NCBI RefSeq assembly: GCF_009914755.1 | Contig: NC_060948.1 | Length of the DNA stretch: 64,000 nt | Origin: the human T2T-CHM13v2.0 reference genome, Homo sapiens | Reading direction: 5' to 3' (one strand) | In this document: one piece after another, positions 18,397 through 33,641 of the stretch | How positions within the stretch are numbered: position 1 is the first letter of the stretch | Layout: each line of letters begins with the position of its first letter | Made by a program: the position numbers and the translations under genes | The notes under the pieces: model-generated | Databases searched by the model: none | Told to the model about the DNA's origin: nothing | Seen by the model: the letters and a program-made list of their open reading frames with translations, nothing else

Positions 18397-18803
18397 TAAA
18401 CCTTTGTCAGATGCATTGTTTGCAAATATGCTGTCACCTTGGGTGGGTTGTCTGTTTACTCTGTTTACAGTTTCTTTTGCTATACAGAAGCTTTTCAGTT
18501 AAATTAGGTCTGACTTATCAATTTTTGTGTTTGTTGCAATTTTTTTTTGGAATCTTTGTCATAAAGTATTTTCCAGGGCCTATGTACAGAATGATACTCT
18601 CTAGGTTTTCTACTAGGGTTTTTAAATTTTTAGGCTTATAGTGAAATCTTCAATATATGTTTAGATTATTTTTGTATATGATAAAAGCAAGGGGTTCAAT
18701 TCAATTTTCTGCATATAAGTAGCCAGTTATCCTAGCACTATTTATTGAGTATAGAGGTTTTTCCTTATTGCTTGTTCTTGTTGACTTTGTCAAGGATCAC
18801 ATC

Positions 18804-19639
18804 TGAGCTGGAGCCATGGCAGAGGAACATAAATTGTGAAGATTTCATGGCCATTTATCATTTCCGAAATAATACTTTTATAATTTATTATGCCTCTCTT
18901 TAATCTCTTAATCCTGTTACCTTTGTGAGCTGAGGCTGTACGTCACCTCAGGACCACTGTGATAATTGTGTTAACTGTACAAATTGATTGTAAAACGTGT
19001 TTGAACAATATGAAATCAGTGACCCTTAAAAAGAACAGAATAACAATTTTTAGGGAACAAGGGAAGACAACCTTAAGATCTGACTGCTTGTGGGGTTGGG
19101 CAAAAAGAGTCATATTTTTCTTCTTGCAGAGAGCCTATAAATGGACGTACAAGTAGGAGAGATATCACTAAATCCTTTTCCTTGCAGAGAATATTAATAT
19201 TAATACCCTGGGAAAGGAATGCATTCCTGGGGGGAGGCCTATAAACGACTGCTCTGGGAATGTCTGTCCTATGCGGTTGAGATAAGGATGGAGATACCCC
19301 CTGGTATCCTGCAGTACCCCCGGGCTTACTAGGGTGGGGGAAAAAACTCTGCCCTGGTAAATTTGTAGTCAGACAGTTTCTCTGCTCTGGAACCCTGTTT
19401 TCCGTTGTTTAAGATGTTTATCAAGACAATATGTGCACTGCTGAACATAGACCCTTATCAGTAGTTCTGTTTTTGCCCTTTGCCTTGTGATCTTTGTTGG
19501 ACCCTTATCAGTAGTTCTGCTTTTTGCACTTTGAAGCATGTGATCTTTGTACCTACTCTCTGTTCTTACACCCTCTCCCCTTTTGAAAGCCTTAATAAAA
19601 ATTTGCTGGTTTTGAGGCTAAGGCAGGCATCACGGGCCT
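18804..19639 (+). mobile_element. MER11-like LTR (HERV-K group), both termini missing
   Basis: GCCATGGCAGAGGAACATAAATTGTGAAGATTTCATGG; ACCCTTATCAGTAGTTCTG twice; AATAAA near end. Confidence 0.85.
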
Positions 19640-20349
19640 ATGTGTGTGCATAGAGTTTTTTGTAATATTCTTTGATGGTTGTTAGTATTTCTGTGGTGTT
19701 AGTGGTAACATGCATTTTGTTGTTTTTGTCTTTATTTGGATCTTCTCTTTTTTCTTTATTAGTCAACTGGTAGTTTATCTTATTAATTTCTCAAAAGAAA
19801 ACAACTCCTGAATTCATCGATTACTGATTTTGGTTATTTTTTGTCTTCTTTACGTTTAGTGTTGGTTTCCTCTTGTTTCTGTAGTTTCATTAGTTGTGAT
19901 GTTAGGTTGTGAAATAGAGATCATTCTAACTTTTTGATGTGGATTTAGTGCTATGAATTTCCCCCTTAACACTGCCCTGCCATATCTCATAATTGGTATT
20001 ATGTTGTATATGTTCTTAAAATAACTTTTTAATTTCTGCCTTAATATAATTACCTACCTGTCATTCAGAAACTTGTTGTTTAATTTTCATGTAATTGCAT
20101 GATTTTGAATGAGTTTTTTTGTATTCTTCTATTAATTGAACTGTGGCCTTGGTGTATGTTGGATATGATTTTGGTTCTTTTGTATTTGCTGATTGTTTTA
20201 TATCCAAATATGTGGTTGACTCTAGAGTAGATGGTGATGAGAAAAATGTGTATTCTGTTGCTTCAGATTGAAGAGTTTTTGGGGAAGTCAATCAGATCCT
20301 TGTGGCTCCATGTTGCGTTCAGGTCCTGAATAACTTTGTTAATTTTTTA

Positions 20350-20767
<418 letters not shown>

Positions 20768-21959
20768 GAATTTAGGTGCTCCTGTCTTAGTATGTATTTA
20801 CAATACCTACCATTATATAATGCCCTTCTTTATCTTTTTTTTTTTAAATTTTTGTTGGTTTAACGTCTGTTTTGTTTGAAGTTAGGATTGGGCTCTTTTT
20901 CGGTTCTCCATTTCGTTTGTAGATTTGTTTCCATCTCTTTAGTTGAGCCTGTGGATATCTTTGCAGGTGCAATGTATCTCTTGAACAGAGCACAAAATGG
21001 GGTCTTACTTCTTTATCTAGATTACCACCCTGTGCCTTTTCATTGGGATATTTAGCCTATTTTCATTCAAGGTTAGTATTGATATTTGTGGATTTGATCC
21101 TGTCGTCATGTTGTTGGTTTCTCATTATGCAGTCTTGTTTATGTTATTGCTTTATCATGTCATTGGTTTGTGTATGCCAAGAGTTTTTGTTGTTGTTGTT
21201 GTTATTGTTGTTGTTTTTTCAGTGGCTGATAATGGTCTTTGCTTTCTGTACTTAGTGCTTTTTTAGGAGATCTTATACAGCAGGTCTAGTACTAATGAAT
21301 TCTCTCAAGATTTGCTTCTCTGAAAAAGATCTTATTTTTCACCTGTGAAGCTTAATTTGCCTTTATAGAATATATAAAATATAGCATATGTAAAATTCTT
21401 GGTTGAAATTTTTTTAAGAGTATTGAATATAAGCCCTCAATATTTTCTGGCTTGTGGAGTTTCTGCTGAGAAGTATTCTGTTAGTCTAATGGGCTCCCCT
21501 TTGTAGGTGACCTCACCTGCCTCTCTAGCTACCTTTAATATTTTTTGTTCCATTTTGTCCTTAAAGAATCTGATGATTATGTGTCTTGGGAATGATCTTT
21601 CTGTGAAATGTCTTGTTGAAGTTCTTTATGTTTCCTGAATTTAAATTTTGGCCTCTCCAGCTACATGGGGGAATTTCTTATAGATAATATTTTGAAGTAT
21701 GTTTTTCAGGTTGTTTCCATTCTTCTCATTTCTTTCAAGAATGCTAGTGAGTCATAGATTTGGTCTCTTTACATAAGCACATATTTTACAGAGATTTTGT
21801 TCATTCTTTTTATTCTTTATTGTTGTCTTATTTTGGAAAGCCGGTATTTGACCTCTTAGTCTTTTTTTATCAGCTTAGTCTGTTCTGCTTTGATATTTGC
21901 AAGTGCATTATGAAATTTTTATAGTGTGTCATTCAGCTCTATCAGGTTGATTATGTCCA

Positions 21960-22396
<437 letters not shown>

Positions 22397-22487
22397 TAAA
22401 GGTTCCTTGTTGGAGAGGTAGTGCAGCCATTTGCGGGGGAATAAAAGGCACTCTAGATTTTTCAGTTGTCAGAGTTTGTGTACTGAT

Positions 22488-22888
<401 letters not shown>

Positions 22889-25389
22889 TAGTGGGTTGGT
22901 TTGTAGCAACAGTGAATTCAATCAACTGGCTTTATTTCTAGAATATTTTAAAGATATTTTATCTCAGGATTTCTGGATGGTGTTCTGTAACTCTAGGGAC
23001 TGGGAATGAGCTTTGGCTTTGTTCCTTTACACCCTGAGGTTAGAAATCTGCTGCACTGGAGGGACCAAGATGCTCTCAGAGAAATGGTCACAACACTCTA
23101 ATGATTGGTAGTAGCCAATGTGCTTCATATGCGGGTGGTAGCAGGATTCATCTTCGTACTCACATGCCACCAGCATCAGCAGTGGCAGCATGATGGGGTG
23201 CACATTCATCAGTTGTGCCAGGGTGTCAGTGGGTGCTGGGTTTCCAGTCTCCATGAAAGCATATGCAGCACTGACAGTGGCAGCACACTATGGGAGGTTA
23301 TGTGGAGGGCAGTTGGTGATTGTGTGCATATTTGTAGTGTTGGTGGGTGTTAGCATGGGGGCAGCTTTCTTTTGGATGCAGGACTGTGTGTGCCCTCTCT
23401 GTGCATTTGTGGGGGCAGTGGTGATCACTCAGATGTGGTAGGTTGCACTGTTTTCTGTGCCTACTTTTATGCTGGCAGCAGTGTTGTTTCAGGTTTGGAG
23501 CACTGGCAGGGGCAGGACTGGTGGACTTCATTCCCTCCAACACTCTGATGACAGTGGCAGTCCAGTGGAGGGTGTGAGATGCACTAACACCAACAGCAGT
23601 GGCACAGCAGGTTGCACACACATGCATGCTGGTAGGCAACCAAAAGCAAGATCTGTTCACGCATACATACACCAGCAAATGGGGGTGGCCATTTACTTTC
23701 AGTCTTAAGAAGAAAGTTTGTCATTTGAAATATGCAATTTAGTGTATTTTAAATATGCTGGGAGATTAGCATATTTTAAAATATTTTACGTAAAAATGAA
23801 GAAAATGACATAGAACAAAGTGAGCACAAGGGTCACATTGAGAGGTTTTAACTATAATTAAATTTTCATCTAATAAATATGATAATTATAAAGAAAACCA
23901 GCTGGTTTTTGGAAGACATCAAAGTGTTCTGTATCAAGCAATAATCTCCATTAACCTATTCTGAAAGGCAGGAGCAGGATGGACTGCATATTCTGAACTT
24001 TGGGAGGTAAATCTGTGTTGGAGCTGCTCACTGTCCATGGAGGAGTGGAGCACAAAGTATCTGGGGGTGAAGGTCATGGCACCATTTTTCAGCAGGGGGA
24101 GGAATAATTTTTGGTTTGAAATATTCAAAAAAAAATTTGAAAAAATTAAACTGGGTATGTGTGTATTTGACCATAGTAAAAAAATTTTAACAGACCTTTT
24201 TTTGATTATCATTACATAATACAAATAAAATTTACTGATAATTCAAAAATTTGAACAACAAAAAGCCTTGTCCTAAACTGACATATATTGAACCTGAGCT
24301 TTGTGTTATGTTTTTCAGTACATATGGGTCAATTATTTCCTCTCAAAAATTTTAACAAATTATGACATTTTATATAACAAATTATAACCTTTTAATTATA
24401 GAATATAGCCTCACTACCCAATAAGTAATAATATTTTTGAAATGCTGTATTAAATTTCTTAAATAGTAAAAATTGAAACTGGGACACTTGTAATGAATAA
24501 TTACTTTGTTTGTAAATCACAATAGAGATTCTCCATATCAAAGCTGTGAACTGTATTCTATAGTATTTAGGCAAATAAGATAGCTACAAATTTAAGTACT
24601 GTAATAATAGATGCCTGACAATATGTGCTATAGGTAAATCTTTGAAATTTATTAAATGAAGTATAGATTGAATACAAGTAATATGTAATAATACATTATA
24701 ATTTAATAACATTTAGAATAATTACATTTTATACAAAAATAAAATTAAGATAAAATTCACATAGTGCAATGGTGAGTAAGATGTGAAAAGACAATAAGAA
24801 TAAACAGCATTAAAATTATTGATAGAGTTTGTAAAACCCCTAGAGATTAAGGAAAACAAACATAGGAATAAATTAGAAAACTAGAGACAATAATAATTTC
24901 TGTAAATTATAGGCTACCAAAACCAGAATAAGAATAAACAAGGACTCAAAAAACAAATTTTAAATATTTGGAAGTATTAATCAAAAGTTCTCATTACTTT
25001 AAATGATTCTTTTTCCATTTTTAAGGTCTAGGTATTCCTTATTCAAAGCAGTTTTACTAATCAGGAAAATGGGAAAAGCCATGGAAATATTTTATATGGC
25101 TATTACACTCAAAACATGCAAGATTTAAAACTAGGCCAATATAAATTATGGACTTGGATATACAACTAGTATCTAAGTATACAAATAATAACAAATGGTT
25201 TATTTCAGAATTATACGATATACCAGTAAGAGGATCAAATCATATCATCAAATACATTACAAATTAAATGAGACAAGTACATTCACTGAGGAAATCATTT
25301 TATACCCTTATACATTGTTTCTAAGCAATTTAACTTAGAAAAAAATTAACAGAGAACATTTCAACTCTTCATGATGGCAACACATCAGG

Positions 25390-26200
25390 ATATGGAAATA
25401 ACCAATGAAAATGCCCAAGAAACCCATAAAGTCATGTTCAACGTCCTTATTGATTAGGAAAATACAAATAAAAACCACAATGAGATATCACTTCATAGCT
25501 AGTAGTATAGGTACAGTTAGGAAGATAGATAAATGTGCGTGAGGATGTGGAGATAAGTAGAGACTAATACAATGCTGGTGAAATGGTGAAATGATGCAGC
25601 CATTTGGGAACACTTTGACAAGTCCTCCAAAGGTAACCATAGAGTTACCATATAATCCAGAAATTCCACTCCAAAGGATACGCCCAGTACAAACAAAAAC
25701 ATACAGCCACACAAAAACTTGTACATAAATGCCCACAGAAACATTATTTATTATAGCCAAAAGTGCAAACAATCCACAATGACAATCAGTGGAGGAATAG
25801 ATAAACAAATGTGATACATTCATACAATGGAATAGTATTTAGGTATAAAAAGGAATGAAGTACCAATATGAGCTACGACATGGATGGAGATTGAAAACAT
25901 GCTCAATGAAACAAGCAACACATAAAAGGCCAGGTACTTTATGAATCCATTTGTATAAAATACCCAGAGCAGGCAAATTCATAGAAACAGAAAATAAATT
26001 AATTTTTTGCCAGCTTGGGGAATGAGAGTAGGAAGGGACAGCTTAATTTGTATGGCTTTTATTTTGGGGGTGATTATACTGTTCTGGAGTTACCTCATAT
26101 TAACAATTGTGAATACATCAAGAAACACTAAGTTGTAAATTTTAACATGATCAACATTTTTGTTATATGATTTTAATATCAATAAAATGAATTTTTAAAA
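25390..26200 (+). mobile_element. L1MB-like 3' end
   Basis: aaaaccacaatgagatatcacttca; aattccactcc; terminal aataaa. Confidence 0.8.
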
Positions 26201-27114
26201 ATAAACAAGATAATTGTTGCCAAAATGCAGACCATCTTTCCAGCTGCAAATGTAAGTGTAGAAAACACACACACACACTCACAGAGAAACATTAAATGAA
26301 CAGAATGAAAAGGTAAAATGAGCAAAGCCGAGTCATCAAGGTTGTATTGGTGTTTTGGGGTAACCTAGGAAAGCCAAAAATAGACACACTCAGGCTTCAG
26401 CCATGTATTTAGTGCAACTCTGTCATAGAAATATACCTGGTCTTGGTAGATGAATCAACTAGGTATATCTGTGTAATGTAAAATATGCTTAAAAATAATT
26501 TTTAAAAAAATGTCATGAGACTCAGAACATATGGTAAAATAATATTTAACTAATGAAGGACCAACAGATATGATAATCTTTTTTTTTTAAAAAAAGCACT
26601 ATCAGCCAGAAGAGTATTATTCATGAATATCTAAGTGAATGTAAAAATGCAGGGAAAACTCATTTCATTATAGGGTGAAAGGAGAGACGATTGGACAAGA
26701 CACCATGCTCATCTGACAGTGACCTAAAACTTAACAAAGGTCTGTAAAAGCACTCAATGGCATTGCAGGCTAGAATCATATAACCTGGATTGGTGTCATT
26801 TAGACAGGCTCAGGCTTACCATTGAAGAACACATTTCTACTATAAAAAGTCAAGTGGAAAAGTTACAGTTTTCTCAAGAACAGGGTACCATCATTAAGGT
26901 GACCAGGTTTTTATCATGGGAACTTCTAGTCCCAGATCTGATCATGGCTAAATGAATACCAATGGCATCCCAATGTCTAGGGTGTCACAAAGGCTGATCC
27001 CTAACCAGTGAGGGGCTGGCCCAGAGGTACACAGTGGGTGAGACTGAGCACTGCTGTCTTGAGACTCCAAGGCCACGTGGAGAGTCAAGTTGGGTCAACT
27101 GGAGCAAAGCTCAC

Positions 27115-27863
27115 TTAGTCCTTTTCATGATGCTGTAACAGAAGCTGAGACTAAAAAAATTATTAAGGAAGGAGGTTTATTTAGTCCATGGATCTACAGC
27201 CTAAGAATTACAAGATTGGCTGGGCACAGTGGCTCATGCCCGTAATACCAGCACATTGGGAGGCCAAGGAAGGCAGATCACCTGAGGTTGAGAGTTCAAG
27301 ACCAGCCTGTCCAATGTGGAGAAATCCCATCTCTACTAAAAATACAAAATTAGCCAAGCATGGTGGTGCATAATTCCAGCTACTCAGGAGGTGGAGGCAG
27401 GAGAATCGCTTGAACCTGGGAGACAGAGGTTGTGGTGAGCCGATGTCACAGCATTGTACTCCAGCCCGGGCAACAAGAGTTAAACTCTGACTCAAAAAAA
27501 TAATAATAATAAATAAGATGTACAACCCTGGCACCTGCTTAACTTGTGGAGGGCCTTATACTACTTATGCTGCTTCCACTCAAGTTGAAAAGTGGAAGGA
27601 AATCAGGTGTGTGCAAAGAGAACACATGGCAAGAGGGGAAGAAAGAGAGAGAGAGAAACCAAGGAATCTACACTCTTTAACAACCCATTCTTGCAGAAAA
27701 TGAGAGCAAGAAATTACAATGCAGGAATACATCAATCTCTTTATGTGGAATCCACACCCATGACCCCAAATCTCAAATAGATCCTACCTTACAATACTGT
27801 CCCATGGAGAATTGAATTTCAAAATGAGTTTTGTTGTAGACAGTCTACATCAAAATCATAGCA
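27115..27863 (-). mobile_element. MaLR solo LTR (MST/MLT1-like) with an Alu inside
   Basis: ttagtcc...gctgtaacagaa...ggtttatttag and terminal atcatagca; possible 5-bp TSD ctcac/ttcac. Confidence 0.75.
27218..27516 (+). mobile_element. AluS (Sp/Sq-like)
   Basis: Full Alu with (AAT)n tail. Confidence 0.93.
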
Positions 27864-27882
27864 TTCACAAAACCACAGAACT

Positions 27883-28112
27883 ACGAAAAAGAAATGTTGG
27901 AGCTCTCAAAGACATAGGAAGTAGGCCTGCCCCCTCTCAGCATGAGCAGAACTACAGTTCCCATAAGCCCTGTGGACACCTCCTGTGGGAGATCAGCTGT
28001 GCCCAGTGCCTGAGCTCATCCACACCTGTTCTTCTTGCTGCAACTTTGCACCTGATGGGCAACACCTTGGAGCTGATGGGCAATGAAGCCCACAATAACA
28101 GAAAGTGCTGTA
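27883..28112 (+). pseudogene. Short histone H2A variant (H2A.L-like) pseudogene
   Basis: Stitched translation TKKKCWSSQRHRK*ACPLSA*AELQFP/ISPVD/HLLWEISCAQCLSSSTPVLLAATLHLMGNTLELMGNEAHNNRK matches the H2A.L histone fold as I recall it; two stops and two 1-nt frameshifts. Confidence 0.8.
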
Positions 28113-28244
28113 ATATTGTAATAATATATATATATATAGTATTGTAATAAAATATATATATAAAAATATAACGTATATGTAATAAAATATATATTGTAGA
28201 TGTATAATTACATGTTATATATTAAAGTATACATATACATTATA

Positions 28245-28287
<43 letters not shown>
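28113..28287. repeat. TA-rich low complexity ending in (TG)9(TA)12
   Basis: Read directly. Confidence 0.9.
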
Positions 28288-28288
<1 letters not shown>

Positions 28289-28734
28289 CTTGTCCCAGAC
28301 ACGTGTTCCATTTGTTAGTAATTAAATATTTATGATTGGGATTATTTATAAGTATATTTTCTTAGAAACACAATTTTATCCATCTCATAGATGAAACACC
28401 ATCTACCTAATGATCACATTTTTTATAGAGCTACATAGAGTTATCAGTGGCTAAACAAGTCTTAGAAAATATTTTCTGCATAAATGCTGTCCCAAGTGAT
28501 AGTCTCAAAACATATGTAAGTCTTATGAATATTTTCATGGGCTGCATTAAATTAAAAAATGTTATCTTATCAAGTTGTGTAGTTATCTAACCCCTTTACC
28601 TTCAGCACCAAATTTTGAGATTTGTACCTCTGTATCAAAGGCTCAAATGCCACCCTCTTATGCCTCTGGCCTTTACAAAGACAGCTGGTAAGAGGCTGCC
28701 CAGCTCATCTGAAGTACAGGATAAGATTGTCTGA

Positions 28735-28835
28735 CTTGGAGATACCATTTTCCACTTAGCAGCCATGTAATCTTTCATATTCATTTTTTCTAAGTGGCAC
28801 TTTTCTCAGATGTAAAATGGGGATAATGAGTTTAT
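28735..28835 (+). mobile_element. Possible MIR fragment
   Basis: ttttctcagatgtaaaatggggataat resembles the MIR core. Confidence 0.55.
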
Positions 28836-30589
28836 TCATCTTTGAGTTGCTCCCAAGCAGAAGTCAACTTGAGACTATAAACTTGTGCTCACTGCAGTGC
28901 TTGAAACCGAGTTTGTACTTAATAAATAGCTGCATACATCTTTTTCTATACATGTCAGATGCTTAATTGTGTTTCCCGAAGATGTTGCCAAGCCGGGTCC
29001 TCACATAACTCCTGATCCCTTGGGTCACAGGGTGTGAAAACCACACTCTGCTGAACTTTGTAGAGTGACTATGAGAGGAGGAAGACAGTTATATCAGTGA
29101 ACTACAGCACATGCTGGCTCCTCTCCATTCTCCAGTCCCTGGTGACTCACACACTCTCTGCCTCTCTACCACCAGTCAAAGCAGAAGGACCTGGCTTGAC
29201 TTTTGCCGACTTTGCTAGGATGACCTAAGAATAAAATAAATGCTATAGGAGTTGTGCTTAGAATTCATTGAATATGTACTTTATCATACAAGAACCATTA
29301 TTACCATATAATGCCAATTAAAACTCTTATGTTCATATGTCACCCAAACAAATTTGTCATTTAGTATACAGAGTCATGAATGACTCTTAACATAGCCCAA
29401 TTCATTCTATGATTAACTCCTTCTGTGGAAAAATAGACCATGGTGGTTAACATTTGTCTAGTCAGGGGTTGTCATAGGATTGCACCATCTCCTTGGCAAG
29501 GGCATAGGGACACAAGAGTCCAGAACGGGCTAGCATGGGGGAGAGGGCTTGGGTCATCGTTTTTTTCTGTCAGGTCTGTGCTGCCTTCTCTCCTTTGTAC
29601 ATCCAGCATTTTGAGAGTACGCAGGATCAAGAACTTAGTTCATTCTGCCTGCTTGGAAGCACTCTAGACCCTATAGTCTTCAGCGTCTACAACTCCTGTG
29701 CATCCCAGGGGACTACACAGGGTGCTTAATTGGGCACATGTATCAAATAGAACTGTAAATGTTTGCATTATTCCCCTCTGTCAAATACCCATTTAAATTT
29801 AGTTTAATCTTTAAGGTTAACAAAGTTAGATACAGAGGGAGGGAGATATTAAGGAGTGCTGAGAAAGTGGGCACCTCTATGCGGGTAAACAAGGCATATT
29901 TCCAACCACATCAACTACCACAGCTTTAGATTCACCAAAGACTCAGGGTCAGCTTTGGAGACTCCTTTATCTTTTTCCTAGCAGGAGAAAAATAAACAAT
30001 AACAAAAGCACTCGGGTTCCTTGTTTCAATCCCACCTCACATACACATAAGCATCATTAACAGTACAGCGTGGGGCTCTTTATCCCATCTTGTGCACCGC
30101 TTGCCTGAGAGAATTTGCTACTGGTCCTGGGGAGCCCTGTCATATTCCCTTAGCAGGCCTGCAAAGATCTGTGTCCATTTCTTTTCCAAAAAGTCATTTT
30201 TCTCTCAACATCCCAATCTCATTTCCAAAACTGTCAATAAATATCAAGTTTCTTAGATTTTACTCATTTCTTAAGCCAACGTATTAACCTTCTAATTTCA
30301 TGAATGCTAATAGAAAGCATGAGACACCTATGCATCATATAAAAGTGTTTTTTATTCGTTGCATAAGTGGGAGTAAAGCTCAATGTTTGTATTCCTTTTT
30401 CTTGTCAACCCCTGGTACTTCAGGGAATGCAAAAAGGCTCCAGTGGACACTGCAAATTCAGTACATTTTTGTCAGCTGGGGACTCTCACGGTTAAGAAAA
30501 CCCTATTATTAAAGCGGCCAAGAATATCAGAATTCAATCATGTATTAAAATTAAAATTTTCAGAATACGATGAAGTATTACAAGCAGAA

Positions 30590-31130
30590 TTCACCAATCT
30601 GAGAAAGAATCTCAGAACGTAAAAATCTGATCTATGAAGTAACTCAGAAAAAATAAAGCCTAAAGAAAAATAAAACCTTTGAGAAATAAGCGATTATGTA
30701 AGGAGACCAAATCTATGCCTCATTGACATTCCTGAAAAACAGGGAGAGACAGCAACAACTTAGATAATATATTTCATTATAACAAGATGAAATTTTTTTT
30801 TGAACCCACTAGTTAGGTCAAAATTCAAATTCAGGAAATGCAAAAAAAAACCCCAGTAAAATACACGAGACCATTCCCAAGACACAAAGTTATCAGAACC
30901 TGCAAGTTTCAAACGAAAAAAAAAATGCTAAAGGCAGCTAGACAGAAGTGGAAAGTAACGTTACCTACAAAAGAAACTCCTTCGGGTTAACGGTAGACCT
31001 TTCAGTAGAAACTCGGTGAGCCAGTAAAGAAGGGAACTTCTATTCAAAATTTTAAAGAAAAAAATTTCCAATAAAAAATTATCTAGTCAAATTAAGCTAC
31101 ATAAATAAAGAAGTAATATTATTTTCAGCA
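30590..31130 (+). mobile_element. L1 ORF1 fragment
   Basis: gagaccaaatct, attcaaattcaggaaatgc, aaggcagctaga motifs. Confidence 0.8.
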
Positions 31131-31134
31131 TGAG

Positions 31135-32265
<1,131 letters not shown>

Positions 32266-33231
32266 TCCAAATACAAAAACCAGACCTTTTTTTAATACCA
32301 GGTAGCTCCTACAGCTTCAGGCTCCTGGCTGGTAACAAGGCACTGAAACTCAATCTTCTCCTAGTTCCAAGCTAGAAACCATAGCTATAAAAATCAGGCC
32401 TTTCAATTAAACGAGGTCTCCACACATGTCACAGCATTAGGTGGAATCCCAGCAGTCCTGAAAAACAGATTTTCCTTATCACAAGACTAAAGAAGAAAAG
32501 AAGCTTGTGGAAGTCATGGAACAGCATAAAAAAGACAAATACTTGAGTTATAGATGCTTTAAAAAGGAGAATAAAAGGATTGAAAGTTTACTTAAATAAT
32601 AGCTGAAAACTTTCCAAATATAAACATACTTATAAAAAGGAATAAATATCCAGATATAGAAAATAAAATGTCTTTAGACTGCACCCTAACAAGGCCATTC
32701 CAAGACATATTATAATAAAACTGTCAAAGACAAAGGATGCTTAAAGCGGGAAGAATTAAAAAGAGAGTTGCAATAATTCTAGCAACAGACTTCTCAGCAG
32801 AGACCCCACAAAGAAAGAGATATAATATACAGGGATAGCTTGTTTCATTGTGGTTTGCTTTATCAGACATTTAAGATACTGCGTTTTTTTTTGCAATTTG
32901 AATGTTTGAGGAAACCTGAGTGAAACAAATGTTTTGGGCCCATTTTCCTAACAGCATGTGCTCATTTATCTGTGTCACAATTTGATTATTCTTGTAACAT
33001 TTCAAACATTATTTTTATTATATTTGGGTATAATAATCTAATCTGTGATCCTTGATGTCTTTATTGTTCATATTTTTGGGTGCCACAAAATGTTCTCACA
33101 TAAGATGGCAAACAAAATTAACAAATTATTTGTGTTTTCCGACATCTCCATGGTTCAGCCATTCCCCCATCTATCTTTTTTCTGGTCTGCTTATTTCCTG
33201 AGACACAACAATATTAAAATTAGTCCAATTA

Positions 33232-33470
33232 CATAGGAAGAGGGACATCACACACCGGGGCCTGTTGTGGGGTTGGGGGACGGGGGAGGGATAGCATTGG
33301 GAGATATACCTAATGTAAATGACGAGTTAATGGGTGCAGCACACCAACATGGCACATGTATACATATGTAACAAACCTGCACATTGTGCACATGTACCCT
33401 AAAACTTAAAGTATAATAAAAAATATATATAAAAAAATAAAAATTAAAAAATTAAAAAATTAAATAAAAT
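33232..33470 (+). mobile_element. Young L1PA 3' end (5'-truncated insertion)
   Basis: Near-consensus 3'UTR ...CCCTAAAACTTAAAGTATAATAAA; TSD aaaatt(a/t)gtccaatta. Confidence 0.92.
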
Positions 33471-33641
33471 TTGTCCAATTAACAAGACTACAGTGACCTT
33501 CAGTGTTAAGGAAAATAGTTCCATGTCTCTCACTTTAATTCAAAACTTACAAGCTTAGTAAGCTTAGTAAGAAAAACATGTTGAAAGCCAAAATAAGCAA
33601 AGAGCTGGGCCTCATATGACAAATGAATAGCCAAGTTGTGA

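Noticed and set aside
23027-23708. Cluster of 75-126-aa ORFs on both strands
   Set aside because: GT-rich, stop-poor sequence that fits an old L1 5'UTR.
27949-27970. ZNF143/SBS-like motif GAACTACAGTTCCCATAAGCCC
   Set aside because: Better explained as the ELQFP codons of the H2A.L-like pseudogene; no promoter-like CpG context. Binding is not excluded.
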